Part shown: piece after piece, positions 51,935 to 64,000 of the stretch
Position numbering within the stretch: position 1 is the first letter of the stretch
Layout of the letters: each line of letters begins with the position of its first letter
Origin: Camelus dromedarius
Taxonomy: Eukaryota
Assembly: GCF_036321535.1 (NCBI RefSeq)
Contig: NC_087436.1
Span: 15,376,001-15,440,000 of the forward strand
DNA: 64,000 nucleotides
Reading direction: 5' to 3'
Notes under the pieces: model-generated
The model's input: only the letters and a program-made list of their open reading frames with translations
What the model was told of the DNA's origin: nothing
Databases searched by the model: none
Made by a program: the position numbers and the translations under genes

Positions 51935-52100
51935 AAACATTGGACTTTTTGCCCACCAGACTTTTCTAAACTCCATGAAAGCAAAGTTTATATTTTGTTC
52001 ACTGCTATATCCCCCGATGTCTTACACAGTGCACATCACACAGTAGGCCCTTAAGAAATATCTGTTGAGTAAGTTAATGAATAAACAAATGAGTAAGTAA
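51935..52100 (+). mobile_element. L2 3' end
   Basis: tttgttcactgctatatcccc...cacacagtaggccc...aaatatctgttgagt...aatgaataaa. Confidence 0.75.
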
Positions 52101-54384
52101 AAGAAAGGGAAAACAGGTTGTTGTGCCAAAAATTTAAGCCCACTTTTACCTGTCATTTCAACAATGTTTAAAAAACCATAGGGATAGACTGGGATTTCAA
52201 AACTGTAGAATAGATAAGAAAAAAAAAAAAAACCATAGCAGATTTCTAAAAGATAAATGGGACATAATCATCTTTAAAAAGTTCCTTTTCTGAGCTTCTC
52301 ATTCAGAAGCATATTAAACAGCATTAAGACATTCACCTTTCCCCAAAGGCAAGAGGCTTTCAAAGCAGGTTTTTCTTTTTTGATTATTTTTATAGGAAAA
52401 TTTTAATCTAGCAAGATAATCCTTGCCATCATTTCAATAACATTCTTTGTTCTTTGTTAAGAACAGGGTGATAAAGGTAGGTTATTCTGAGACTAAAAAA
52501 GTAAGGAAACATTTTACCTTGGTAATTTTAGTCAAAATTATTGGCAATAAAGGTGAGATATGAATTTAACGTGTTTCCAGCCTTGAAGCTGCTAGCCTTT
52601 TTATAGCTCAATCATCACAATATCAAAAAAAAAAAAAAGATTTGAACTGCAAAAATTCATTGTGTTTGCATTTTATCCCACAATATTGATATATAGAAAG
52701 AGTGACCCATCCTACCCAGACTTTCCTGGGAAACCAAGTGCTCTTGAGAGAAATGCACGAAGAATGAGGGCAGTGAGGACTTGCACACTTGCGACCCTGT
52801 GGAAGAAAGCTGCATTCAGGTGAAGGCTCCAGGGCTGGCTTCTGGAGCACGGTGCAGTCAGGCTGCGCAGGTGTCCGTGGATTAGCTCCATGCCATGCCA
52901 CAGCTTTTCTCAACATCGTGGAAGAAGAAGAGGAAGGCCACCCAGCCAGATGCTGCAACTAGCACCAAAGCTCATATCCCTGAAGGAAGCCTATTTCCAA
53001 GTACAAATCATGCTAAGCCACCTCCCAGAGTCTGAGGCCTCTGTCTGCCAGGGACAGGCCACATTTCAGGTCCCCGTCTTCACACATCTTCCATTTCACC
53101 TGAGTTAAACATGGGCACCTGGGAGGCTCTAAGTAGGGAAAGGAGGAATGAAATGGTGACAAAGCTGGACTGTCTGATAAGACTAATTGGAATCCTTTAG
53201 CTGAGTCCCAAAGAGAGGCAAGCATTGATTGCTTTGTTCTATGGTCATAAGCAGCACCTCCAAATTTGGTCAGCCATGTCTGAGAAGCCAGATGGAGTGA
53301 TGCTGGATGTGTCATTAAGGTAAATGAAAAACAGTGTGACATAGAGAAAAATCAATGAGTTTGAAAACCAGAAATCTAATACTCATTCTGCTGCTAACCA
53401 GTTGTATGAACTTGGACAAGTTACTTAACCTCTCTGTGTCTCACTTTCTTTATCTTCAAAACATGGGGCTATAGTAAATAGTTTGTACAGCCTCCTCCAG
53501 TTCCTAAACCCTAGAACTCTACAAAGCTCACCACATCTCTACCAAAAAATCAACTAAGTAAGTACTTATGGAACACCATGTGCTCATTACTAAAAGTACT
53601 TTGTGTTCAGTGCAATTTGAGCCATTATCCTTGCCCTAGATCATCTATCACATTATCTAATCAAAAAGTCATTGGTCAACAAGAACAGTCACCAAGTAGT
53701 CAACAAGGACAGTGAAACACCTGCAGCTTCAATAAAACACTGTTTTATTACAGTGGAAGAAATAAATCGGCACAATCTTTGAAAGGCAATTTTGCATACA
53801 TACCAGAAATCTTTTTTAAAGCCATGTCCTGTGACCCATTTAATTGTAGAAATATTTGTTAGTCATTTAAAAATTGGGAGTAAATAATATGTCCACCATA
53901 GACATAGTAAATAATTAAATTGTTTGCACTCATTATAATGGTAACCTAGAATATATAATGACACAAGCAAATGCTCACACTATAATGTTAAGCAAGAAAG
54001 GCAGGATACAAAATTATATCCATTGCATGACCATAATTATACTGTGTATATATGTCCTATATTGTCATGTGCAGATGTATAATATTTAAAAATAAGATTA
54101 GGAGAGCAGATAACATGTGAATAGCAGTTATCTCCAGGTGTATTTTATTTTCTTCTTTGATGTTTCCGTATGCCAGATTCTCCATTTTAGCATGCAATAA
54201 CTTTGTAATCAAAGGAATTTTTAGTATATATTCAATACTGAAAATAGAAAACAATGAGGATTTAAGGAACTACAAATTTATTCTGCTGACTACATGCACT
54301 AGGGATTCAGACAGAGAGGCTTCACTATGGGGTATGTAGTCAAAGAGATTCCTGGAGGGGGCTCACAAGTAGAATTTAGGTTTA

Positions 54385-54630
54385 TAGAATAGTGCTTAAG
54401 AGCACTAATTCTAGAGCTGGATTTCCTAGGTTCAAATTCTAGCCCTGCCACTTACCAATTGTGTGAGCTTAGGCAAGTCACTCAAACTCTCTCAGCCTCA
54501 GTTTTCTCATCTGTGAGATGGGACTGGTATCAATTCTTTCCTCAGAGTTCTTGTGAGGATTAAACAAATTCATGTAAGCAAGTGCTGGACACGTAGTAAG
54601 CATCATATAAGTACTAACGTAACTATTAGA
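54385..54630 (+). mobile_element. MIR SINE
   Basis: ggcaagtcactcaaactctctcagcctcagttttctcatctgtgagatggg...gtgaggattaaa. Confidence 0.85.
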
Positions 54631-54661
54631 GGAGTGTTTTAGACCACATAAGCATAACACG

Positions 54662-54872
54662 TTAATAGCTCACCCTTTTGCTGAATTCTTACTATGTGTC
54701 AGAAACATACACAACTCACACTTTATACCTCTCTGAGGGAAGGACCATCATTATGCCCAATTTATAGATGAGAAATATGAGGCCCAGAGAGGTTAGCTGC
54801 CCCAGGTAAGTGGCTGAACCAGCATATGATCCCAAGCTAATTCCACCCCAGTGCACATGCTCTTAACCCCAG
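54662..54872 (-). mobile_element. MIR SINE
   Basis: cattatgcccaatttatagatgagaaatatgaggcccagagaggttag...tgctcttaacc. Confidence 0.8.
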
Positions 54873-57800
54873 CACCATCCTGCAGGAACCAGCCAACAAG
54901 CTGACCCCGAGCAGAGGATGACTTTCCAAGAGTTCAGGAACCACCCCAACCCAACAGAGGGCGTGGAACTGGATCATGGGAGCCAGGCAGGGAGCTGAGT
55001 TCCAGGGCGTTAGGCAGTTGGGAGCTAGTAAAGATTTCTTAGCAAATCTGCTCTCTTCTGGTTACCAGACAAAAGAGGAATATGAGGAAGTGAGTGTGGC
55101 AGATAACCAGGGAAGGAGGCTAAAAGAGGCTGAGAGATGGAGAGATAACAGACAAAGCGGCTGGTGTGGCGGTGAGGGACTGAGCCAGGTGACAGCACGG
55201 AGAGGAGAGCCGGCCAATCGAAACACTTTGAAGGGAAAATGAAGAGAACTCAAACACTCAACCCTGGGAGCCAAAAAAAAAAGGCAGGAGAACCCTGTCA
55301 GATCTCACAACCCATTGAGAGCCAGGCAAGGAACATTCCCTTTTATTTTGATTGCTATAAATTCTGTGAAATGTTTAGTGTGATTATTCATGTATTTGTA
55401 AAGCATCAAAAAAAAAAAAAACTAACCAATAGTAGCACACAAAAAGGCATCACACGCTATATCCTATGTAAGCAAGGATGACTGAAAAGGGGTACCACAG
55501 TAAGTGACAGAACTGATTAGCAGGAAATCATAGAGCATAAACATCTTTTGTGGAAAGGAAGTGGCTATTTACAAAATCAAGATAGAGAACCCACTAATGG
55601 CTGATACTGACAAAGAGCCCAGGTCTGATAACATCTCCCCACACAAAGATAAGCTGATTTACCCCTTCTTTTAAAGTGGCAGCCAGAGCCTGCCAACAAA
55701 AATATGTGATTAATCTAATTAGCTTACTGAACTGAGGAAACAGCCTGCCAAAATCATATGTACTCACAGATTAGTCCTTCCAGGACAAAGCGGTGTCGCA
55801 TAAAAGCCTATCCTTCAACTTAAACGTTCACGCTCATTAAAAGGGACAAACCCGGTGGTACTCAGCATGTAGGAGCTTAATGAATATTATTGGATGGTGA
55901 TGACACAGACATGAGCCTCAAAAGAATGAGCTCTCATGGTGGAAAAGAAGAATCATAAAGGACTGCAAAAATGTCTGTGCTGTGGCTGAAGACCAATTAT
56001 CAGCTCAGGCCAGGCAATTGGACTGCATTATGCCTGCATTAACATTCCCACCCTCAACTTAATGCTTTAATAACCTAATGGATAATGCCTGTCTTCGTTT
56101 GGAGTTATCAGCAGATGTAAGCCATGTCTGTTGAAACAAAGGCAAAGTCATTCATTCATTCAACAAATATTCCTGGGCCCATCCCAGGCACAGGTTGTAA
56201 GTGATTATCTCTGTGTAGTCTTTGGCTGCCACGACAAGCGAGGGTCTAAATACCAGTTTGGTGTGCTAAAAAAAAAAAAACCACCCTTGAAGGTAAGAGA
56301 TAAATGACCTAGAGAAACAAAAAGTGACAACGGTAGCTTCATCTAATAGTCTGCAGATGACGAGGGCAGCTGCCTCCCTGGTACCCATTAGGGAGTACCC
56401 AAAAACCAAATTTTCTTCTTCAAGGAAGGTGTTTTGTTCAACTGTGTCTCTCTCATGGACTCAGACCAAAGTCAATATAAGGAAAAAATTAAGTAGTTAT
56501 TCATCTAAATTGTCTTGCCTGTTCTACCTTCGACATCACTGCTTAGAAGGATCCCTGGCCCAGAGAGCCACAGAGGCTGGCACTCCTGGAGCCGTGGGTC
56601 AGCTGAGTTGACCTGAGCAGCTGGGCAGCCTGCCTGCTGTGAGAAAGCAGGACACACCCGGAGGGTACAGTGGGAGCTCAGCAGAGAGTTGGCCATGTAA
56701 GCAGGTGGTTGATATTTCTGATTTTCTAGACTTCTTATTTTTACCACTAAGATCCCAGAGAAAACAAGTTATCAGTTCATGTCTGGAGTAAGGATAATTT
56801 ATTATACCCAATTTTACCGCTATGCTGTATTCTGAATACCCTTGAACTTGAAAAAGGAATCACTTTGTAGCACTTTATATTAAATCAGAAGCATCATTCC
56901 TATGAGAAATTTTTCACAGGAAAAGAAAACAAAAATGTTAATTTTACCAAATGTACAATTACCGATATTTGAGTATTTGGAAATCTAGATAGAGCTACGG
57001 TATAAAATAAAAGAGCCAAATTTCAAATTTCAGTAAGAGTTTTTTAAAGATACATATAAATAATTTGCTTTTAGGGCACTGTTTTCTCTGAAAATAGAAC
57101 TCTCTCCCTCACTTGGCTGCAGCCCCAACTTGACTGTGGACCCATCTCAGCCAGCCCCTCAGTGGTCAGCACACAGCCCTGTGGGGGTGGGACAGCTACA
57201 GCACCTGACATTCTTGTTCACAGATTCATAGAAAATGTCATTTAAGGCAGGGAATCACTAACAATGACATATACACACATTTTAAACACCTTACTTCATC
57301 ATGAGCCATAAAAAAGCAAATTTATTTGCCAATATTTTCACACAGGCCAGAGCTATTTCTACAGGTACAGGCCTACTGACTGAAGCTTAAAGCTGCCTTT
57401 CTTGCACAAACCACACTCGTAATGTCTAATATACAATTTCCAGTTTGGCCACTTGAAGCTGAGGAAAAATCTCAGTGTAAATCAAAGTGTAGAATCATTC
57501 CATATTTTCAACATCTTCACAATCTTTTAGAGTTATCTCTTCCATATCCAGTTTGACAGCAATGTCTTACAGCGACTTGCCTTTATTTAGTCTTTGCAAA
57601 GAACTCAGCTTCCTAGAAACAAACAACTTCCTTTTCACTCACGTATTTCATCAGATTATATGTTACTTGATGGAAGTGTATAATTACTGTAACAATGCAC
57701 ACAACTCAGCGGTGGGAGAAGTTTGGACAGAGAGAGAGAGAGAGAGAACCGTGGAATTGGCCAACCGGACAGCAGGGTGTGGAGAAATCAGTGCGCTCTC

Positions 57801-58620
57801 CAAAGAGAACGGAAGGAACTGGCGACGTGGGGAACCACTTAGGTTGGTGAAGAGAACTCCTGTTACCTACGAGAAGAAGCCAGTGGTGGTTTTAAGGGCT
57901 GGCTTCTAGCTTAAAACAATATCTCCAGGCAAAGTCATGTCAGTTTAGAGGGAACGTCAGTGAAGTCTCTCTGGGAAGGACGTCTCGGTCTTTCTGCATC
58001 CCTTGTGGGAGAAGTCCTCTAGTCATTCTTTTTGTGAAAGGAAGCATGTGCTGCTATCTATACGGCCTAAGGGTATCTCCGGAGTTTAATTTCCAGTATT
58101 TGCACTGGATGATAATCTGTAGTAGACAAGCCAGTTAAAAAAAAAAATACTGGCCTTGAGCAGCCTATTTACAAGAAAATTGACACCCAGGATGGCAAAC
58201 AGAGTCTCCCACATCGCTCACACCTCCACAAAAACACTGCCCCAGACCTTTGCAACACCATTAAAACTGAATCCATACACAGATTTATGTTTTTATTACT
58301 ATTGTCTTCATCTGGAGATCTTTAGGTACGGTTGCTATCCATGCTCCAGTTTACCACAGACTCCAGCACTCCCTATGATCTCACACCTGCCTGACCCCAA
58401 TAAGTATGCCACTGAATCAGCTGGATATAAACTTCTACCATAACTTGACTCCACAGAAACACTGGTGAGTCTCTGGCAACACTAAAAGGGCTCTTAGGGA
58501 GAAGGAATTTGTCTTGGCAGAAGCCCCAACTACATCCCTAAAGAAGACCAGAGAATTCACTTACCATGGAGAAACAGAAATGACTGACAGCCTAAGTGAC
58601 TGTTCAAAAACTTAAGCCTT

Positions 58621-58711
58621 GGTGAGTCGGGTAGAGCTCAGAGGTAAAGCAAGTGCTTAGCATGCACGAGGTTCTGGGTTCAATCCCCATTACCTCCTCT
58701 GAAAAACAAAA
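58621..58711 (+). mobile_element. tRNA-derived SINE, vic-1-like (short form)
   Basis: gtagagctcagaggtaaagc...gcttagcatgcacgaggttctgggttcaatcccc plus A-rich tail. TSD core TAAGCCTT at 58613-58620 and 58712-58719. Confidence 0.85.
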
Positions 58712-58724
58712 TAAGCCTTCATAA

Positions 58725-58810
58725 GAACCATGTGGGAACCCTGCTGTAATGCAGATTCCTGGAGCCCTAACCCTTCAGATTCTGATTCAGTAGGTCTAGG
58801 AGTGGAGATC
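58725..58810. mobile_element. MER5-like hAT-Charlie fragment
   Basis: aatgcagattcctggagccc...agattctgattcagtaggtctagg. Confidence 0.65.
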
Positions 58811-58827
58811 ACACCCCAATATAAATA

Positions 58828-59020
58828 TTAACAACAATCATTAAGTGTTGACAAGGTCGTGATCCAAACACCTTACATGTAACAGCTTAATCCTTGGCAA
58901 CAACCTAAGAGGTGAATTCTACTCCTATCCCCATTTTATGAATGAGACAATGGAAGAGAGAGATTAAGAAACATGCCTCTGCTTACTAACCTGGAAAGGG
59001 AAGAGTCAGGATTAGAGGGT
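58828..59020 (-). mobile_element. MIR SINE
   Basis: ttaatccttggcaacaacctaagagg...tatccccattttatgaatgagacaatgga. Confidence 0.7.
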
Positions 59021-59266
59021 CTCTAGGAACAAGTCAAAAGTCCATGCTGGCTAGGCAAAGAATTCTGAGACTTGAAACCAAAGGCACAATCCATAAAAGG
59101 AAAAACTGACAAACTGAACCTCATCAAAATTAAAAATCTTTTGCTCTAAGAAAGACTATATGAAGAAAATAAAAAGACAAACTAAAGATTGGCAAAAACA
59201 TCCACAAACCACATATCTGACAAAGGACTAGTCTCTAGGATATTAAAGAACACTCAAAAACTCAAC

Positions 59267-59297
<31 letters not shown>

Positions 59298-59592
59298 CAA
59301 GTAATTCAATTAAAAAATGGGCAAAAGACAGGAGCAGATATTTCACCAAAGAGGATACACAAAAGGCAAATAAGCACATGAAAAGATGTTCAACATTATT
59401 AACGATTAGGGAAATACAAATTAAAACCACAATGATGTATCACTACACACCTATCAAAATAAGCTAAAATAAAACCATGACAATGCTAAGTGTTGACAAG
59501 GATGCAGAGAAACTAGGTCATTCATATATTGCTGGTGGGAATGTAAAGTGGTACACCACTCTGGAGAACAGTTTCTTTAAAAATGATATGCA

Positions 59593-60147
59593 TGCAAATA
59601 GTGTGATCGACAAGGGACTAATTTCCAAAATAAACAAACAGCTCAGAGAGCTTAATATCAAAAAACAAGCAACATAATCAAAAAATGGGCAGAAGACCTA
59701 AGTAGACACCTCTCCAAAGAAGACATCTAGATGGCCAACTGGCATATGAAAAGATGCTCAACATCACTAATTGTTAGAGAAATGCAAATCAAAACTATAA
59801 TGAGATGTTACCTCACACCAGTCAGTGGCCATCATTAAGAAGTCTACAAATAATAAATGCTGGAGAGGGTGTAGAGAAAATGAAACCCTCCCACACTGTT
59901 GGTGGGAATGTAAAGTGGTACAGCCATTATGCAGGACAGTATGGAGAGTCCTTAAGAAACTAAAAATACACCTATCATATGATCCAACAATCCCACTCCT
60001 GGTCATATATCTGGAGAAAAGTATAATTTGAAAGAAGACAAATGCACCCCAATGTTCACAGCAGCGCTATTTATAATAGCCAAGACATGGAAACAACCTA
60101 AATGTCCATCAACAGATGACTAGATAAAGAAGTTGTGGTATGTGTGG

Positions 60148-60183
<36 letters not shown>

Positions 60184-60685
60184 GGAACACTACTCAGTCA
60201 TAAAAAAGAATGAAATAATGCCATTTGAAGTAACATGGATGGACCTGGAAGCCATCATTCTAAGTGAAGTAAGCCAGAAAGAAAAATACCTCATGATATC
60301 ACTAATATGTGGAACCTAAAAAAGAAAAAAAAAAAAAAAAAGAGACACATACACACACACACAAATGAACTTATTTACAAAATGGACACAGACTCACAGA
60401 CAGAAAACAAACATGGTTACCTAAGGGGTGGGAAGGGATACATTGGTAGTTCAAAATTTGCAGATACTAACTACTATGTATAAAATAGATAAACAACAAG
60501 TTTCTGCTTTATAGCACAGGGAACCATATTCAATATCTTATAGTAATCTCTAATGAAAAAGAATATGAAAACAAATATATGTATGTATATGTATGACTGA
60601 AACATTATGCTGTACACCAGCAATTGACCTAACACTGTAAAGTGATTATATTTTAATAAAAAAAAAGAATGCAAAAAAAAAAAAA
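59593..60685 (+). mobile_element. Nested camelid-type L1 3' fragment (about 1.1 kb) with an internal (CA)15
   Basis: Repeats the ORF2 C-terminal region already present in the host ([21 protein letters not shown]). Camelid-type 3' UTR and A-tail. Confidence 0.88.
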
Positions 60686-60906
60686 CTGTATCTGCAACCA
60701 CCATACATAACCTAGCAACTGACCTACAGGGAATTTATCTAGGAGAAATGAAACTTACGTTCACACAAAAACCTGTACAGAAATACTCACAGCAGCTTAA
60801 TCTGTACTAGCCAAAAACTAGAATCCATCCAACAGACAAATGGTTAAACAAATTGTGGCCCATCCATACCATGAAATACTATTCAGCAATTTAACAAAAA
60901 CGAACT

Positions 60907-61033
60907 TTTTCTTAAATTGAAGTGTAATCAGTTTACAATGTTGTGTCAATTTCTGGTGTAGAGCATAATGTTTCAGGCATAGATACACATACATGTATTC
61001 GTTTTCATATTCTTTTTCATTATAGGTTACTAC
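60907..61033 (-). mobile_element. Short antisense camelid-type L1 3' end nested in the L1MC
   Basis: aattgaagtgtaatcagtttacaatgttgtgtcaatttctggtgta... Degenerate TSD aaaaacgaact / aggaatgaact. Confidence 0.88.
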
Positions 61034-61590
61034 AAGGAATGAACTACTGATACCAGTAACAACTTGCATAAATGACCAGGGAATAATGCTGAGTGAAAAA
61101 AAGCCGACTCCAAATAGTAACATATTCTATGCTTCCTTTCACATAACATTTTAAAAATGACAAATTTTTATGACTGGAGGGCGGGTTAGTTGCCAGGAGA
61201 AAGGCAGGAGGGAAGTCGCATGATTATAAAAGGGCCACAGGACGGATCCTTGTAGTGTTGGAAGTGCTGTGTCTTGACTGCGGCAGTGGACCCACAAACC
61301 TACCCCTGTGGTAAACTCAAATGGAACTTAATATGGTACGACTAGCACACGCGAATGAGACCAAGTAAAACTGGAGACATCCGAGTATTTTATCAACGCC
61401 AATACCCTGGTTATGATATTATACTAGACTTTTGAAAAAATGATTCCACAAGGGAAAATGGGTAAAGCATACAAGGAATGTCTCTGTACTATTTCTTAAA
61501 ACAGTATAAGAATTCACAATTATCTCAAGTAAATTTCAGGTTTTTAAAAAAAAAAAAAAAAGGTCCAGGCTTCCAAGTGTGTAGGTAAAT

Positions 61591-62106
61591 TGCAGTAGGG
61601 AAGAACAAATCTGACATCATATTAAACCTGTTCCTTTGGCTCTAACCCTGTGCTCTGCTTACGGTGCTGTCACTGTTGGTTCTGTACCTTTTGTAAAAAG
61701 AATGTTGCCTAGAGCCTGAAATATACAGGATAGCCCATTCTCTAGGCTCCTATCTTTAAGGGTATAACACTTCCATTCATATAAAGATAAAAAGTTGCAG
61801 AATAGAAAACATTCGTCTTGTTGGAGATTTACAGGGACACCATTACCTGACCGATGTAGATAGCTGCAAGAACAAAGGATTCTGACACCTAGAAGTTTGC
61901 AACAACCAACCACACCCCCTCCCCCTTTTTAGTATAAAAGGAGCCTAAATTCTGGGATAATTTAATAATTCTCCAGGACATTAGTCTGCTATCTTCTGGG
62001 TCTGCTGGCTTTCCAAATAAAGTCATTATTCCTTAACCCCAACACCTTGTCTCCCGATTTATTGGACTTTCCTGCAGCGAGCGGAACGCGTTTGGACTCA
62101 GTAACA
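61591..62106 (+). mobile_element. ERV1-type solo LTR (516 bp)
   Basis: TG...CA termini and a perfect 4-bp TSD AAAT (61587-61590, 62107-62110). TATAAAA at 61933-61939 and AATAAA at 62016-62021. Confidence 0.88.
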
Positions 62107-62114
62107 AAATCAGG

Positions 62115-62770
62115 CACTGTTTGCTTTCACTAGGAATGTAAAACGGCACCACCTTTCTGGAGGACGTTCGGCAATGCTACCAAAAGTAAGAAGCACATAT
62201 ATACCCTCTGATCCAACAAATCAATTTTTAGGTTACTAGTTATAATGAATAATTTATGATGTGTCAAATATTTAGTTAGAAGAGTGCTTAATTCAGCAGT
62301 GCTTTTTTATAGCTAAAGACTAGAAACAACTAAATGTAGTATGTCCACATTGTGAGATTCCATCAAAATAATCTTTGGGAGTAAAACAGTTGACCTGGAA
62401 AGATAGTCAAGATAAACGCAGTTGTTCCATGAATATTTATTCAGTTCCTACTCTGTGCCAGGCACTGGAAACTCTGACACACCCAATAAGGCATGGTCTC
62501 TGTGCTCATTTAACTATACAGTCTGATGGACTGTCTTCTACTGGTAAATAAACAGGTGGCAAGGCACTGTCTGTGTGTGATGACAAACACACACACACGT
62601 ACACATGCACACACATATGTACATATAATGTAAATTCTGGAAGGATATAACCCTAAGTGTCAATAGTGCTTTATTTCTGGAAAGTGGGATTTTGTGTGAG
62701 TGTGTGTGTTTAACTTTATTTGTTTTGGCATGTCTATATATTCTAAATTTCTACAATGATCAAGTTTCAC
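62115..62770 (+). mobile_element. Old L1ME-like remnant with an L2 piece (about 62430-62560) and a CA-rich tract
   Basis: tgtaaaacggcaccacctttctggagg...ataccctctgatccaacaa...ctaaagactagaaacaactaaatg. Confidence 0.55.
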
Positions 62771-64000
62771 TGGTATTAATTTTAGCTATTGGGAGGAAAA
62801 AGGCTGATCCCTAGAGAGTGCCTGTTTTTTCTTTTTTTTCTTTTTAGCTTTTTAAAATTTATTTCTAATAAGGTACAATCAGAGTGAAATTCTTCTAAAT
62901 CCTGATTCAAAGAACTCAAAGACCTCTTCAATTATCCATGTGAATAAAGGCAAGTTAACCAAACTGGATGACCTCAGGATGATAATTGTGCATATTTGTG
63001 ACAATTACACGTCCTTACAAATTCAGATTTGTGAACAATTTCTAGCCCTTGGACTGAGCGGGTGCTTCTATTTCAGGAATTTTGTACTGTTTGCTTTTAC
63101 TAATTTCTTTTTCTTATAAAAAAAATTTGCAGAGTCTTTACAGAAAAATATTTTAAATGCAGATGTGTAAAAAAAAAAGGTAATATCACTCAGCCAGATA
63201 AAAACAACTATTTTAAGTCCTAGATATGTATATATTTCTATATATTTAAGTCCTAGATAGCTATACATTTAAACTAATATCTATGTGCACATATTTGCAA
63301 GTTGGTGTGATTATACTAAGATGGTCTCAAATAGCACATTCTCTGGTTTAAACTGGTTTTTTTTTCTTACTTAATAATAACTACCATTTTAATAACACAT
63401 TTCAACATTAAATATGTTTATTTAACCAATCTGCTAATGGTTAGGTATTTTGTTTGCTTCCAGGTTTCAGAGTTACAAACAGTGGATAATCTTTTAACTG
63501 AACATTTGAGCAAATCCTTGATTTTTGTCTTTCAGTTGAAATCCCAGAAGTGGAAATCCTGGCTCAAAGGGCATGCATACCTGCAGTGGTCTCCCAAAAA
63601 GCTGTACCAACTTACACTCCCAACAATCAGTACAGGAATGAAAGTGATGCAGTTTCTACATGCTCACTGACATTGCTGACCAACAACGAAGTTTTTAACT
63701 TGTTCTTGGACTCTCTAGAATTTCACTTTTCATTAAAAAAAAAAAGAGAGAAAAAATGATGCTCACAGCAGATCAAAACAGAGAAATTATCTGGCTGTCA
63801 GTTAAATTAGAAATTTTACTTTGTCAATTTCACTTTAATTGTGGAATTTAGTCAGACCCATTAAGGCAAACAAAAAATCATCTCTGTAGGACTCTGTTCA
63901 ATTCAATGATCTTTAGACAATTACTGTGAATTCATGTCTGACATCTCCAAATCTTGATCCTACAGACAGATTGGTCTCCCCACCAAGAACTCCAAAGCTA

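Larger units (their letters stand above)
59050..61561 (+). mobile_element. L1MC1/MC2-like 3' portion hosting two younger L1 insertions
   Basis: ORF2 C-terminal sequence at 59050-59580 resumes at about 60690. The L1MC-type 3' UTR (ggatccttgtagtgttggaagtgctgtgtcttgactg...cacaattatctcaa) ends in an A-tail. Confidence 0.8.

Noticed and set aside
54385..54872. Inverted MIR pair as a hairpin or miRNA precursor
   Set aside because: The copies are highly diverged and only short stretches can pair.
1..64000. CRISPR arrays, operons, defence systems or another novel multi-gene system; FHIP1A promoter or CpG island
   Set aside because: This is eukaryotic intron-dominated DNA. I saw no repeat-spacer array, no unexplained long ORF and no CpG island. 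The promoter presumably lies beyond the right edge.

Overview
This is mammalian intronic DNA, most likely from a camelid, judging by the vic-1-like tRNA-derived SINEs and camelid/cetartiodactyl-type L1 3' ends. It contains the first three coding exons of FHIP1A (FAM160A1, FTS-Hook-interacting protein 1A) on the minus strand: 21850-21954 (start codon, within an exon that probably begins at 22082), 10884-11510 and 115-273. All junctions are canonical GT-AG and phase 0, and the exons encode 297 aa. The gene continues off the left edge. Bases 22083-64000 look like one large 5'-UTR intron. The rest is ordinary transposon-rich sequence: a decayed near-full-length L1 with a second L1 nested in ORF2, a 4.4-kb truncated L1, several L1 3' fragments (one 5'-inverted), three vic-1-like SINEs, an ERV1-type solo LTR with a 4-bp TSD, MLT1D and LTR16 LTRs, MER2, MIRs, L2 remnants and microsatellites. 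I found no evidence for a novel biological system. The best leads are regulatory hypotheses: a uORF-dense 5' UTR, candidate exonisation of an antisense SINE and an antisense L1 5' UTR, and a candidate poison exon. Repeat family names come from my recall of consensus sequences, not from a database search, and their boundaries are approximate unless a TSD is given.
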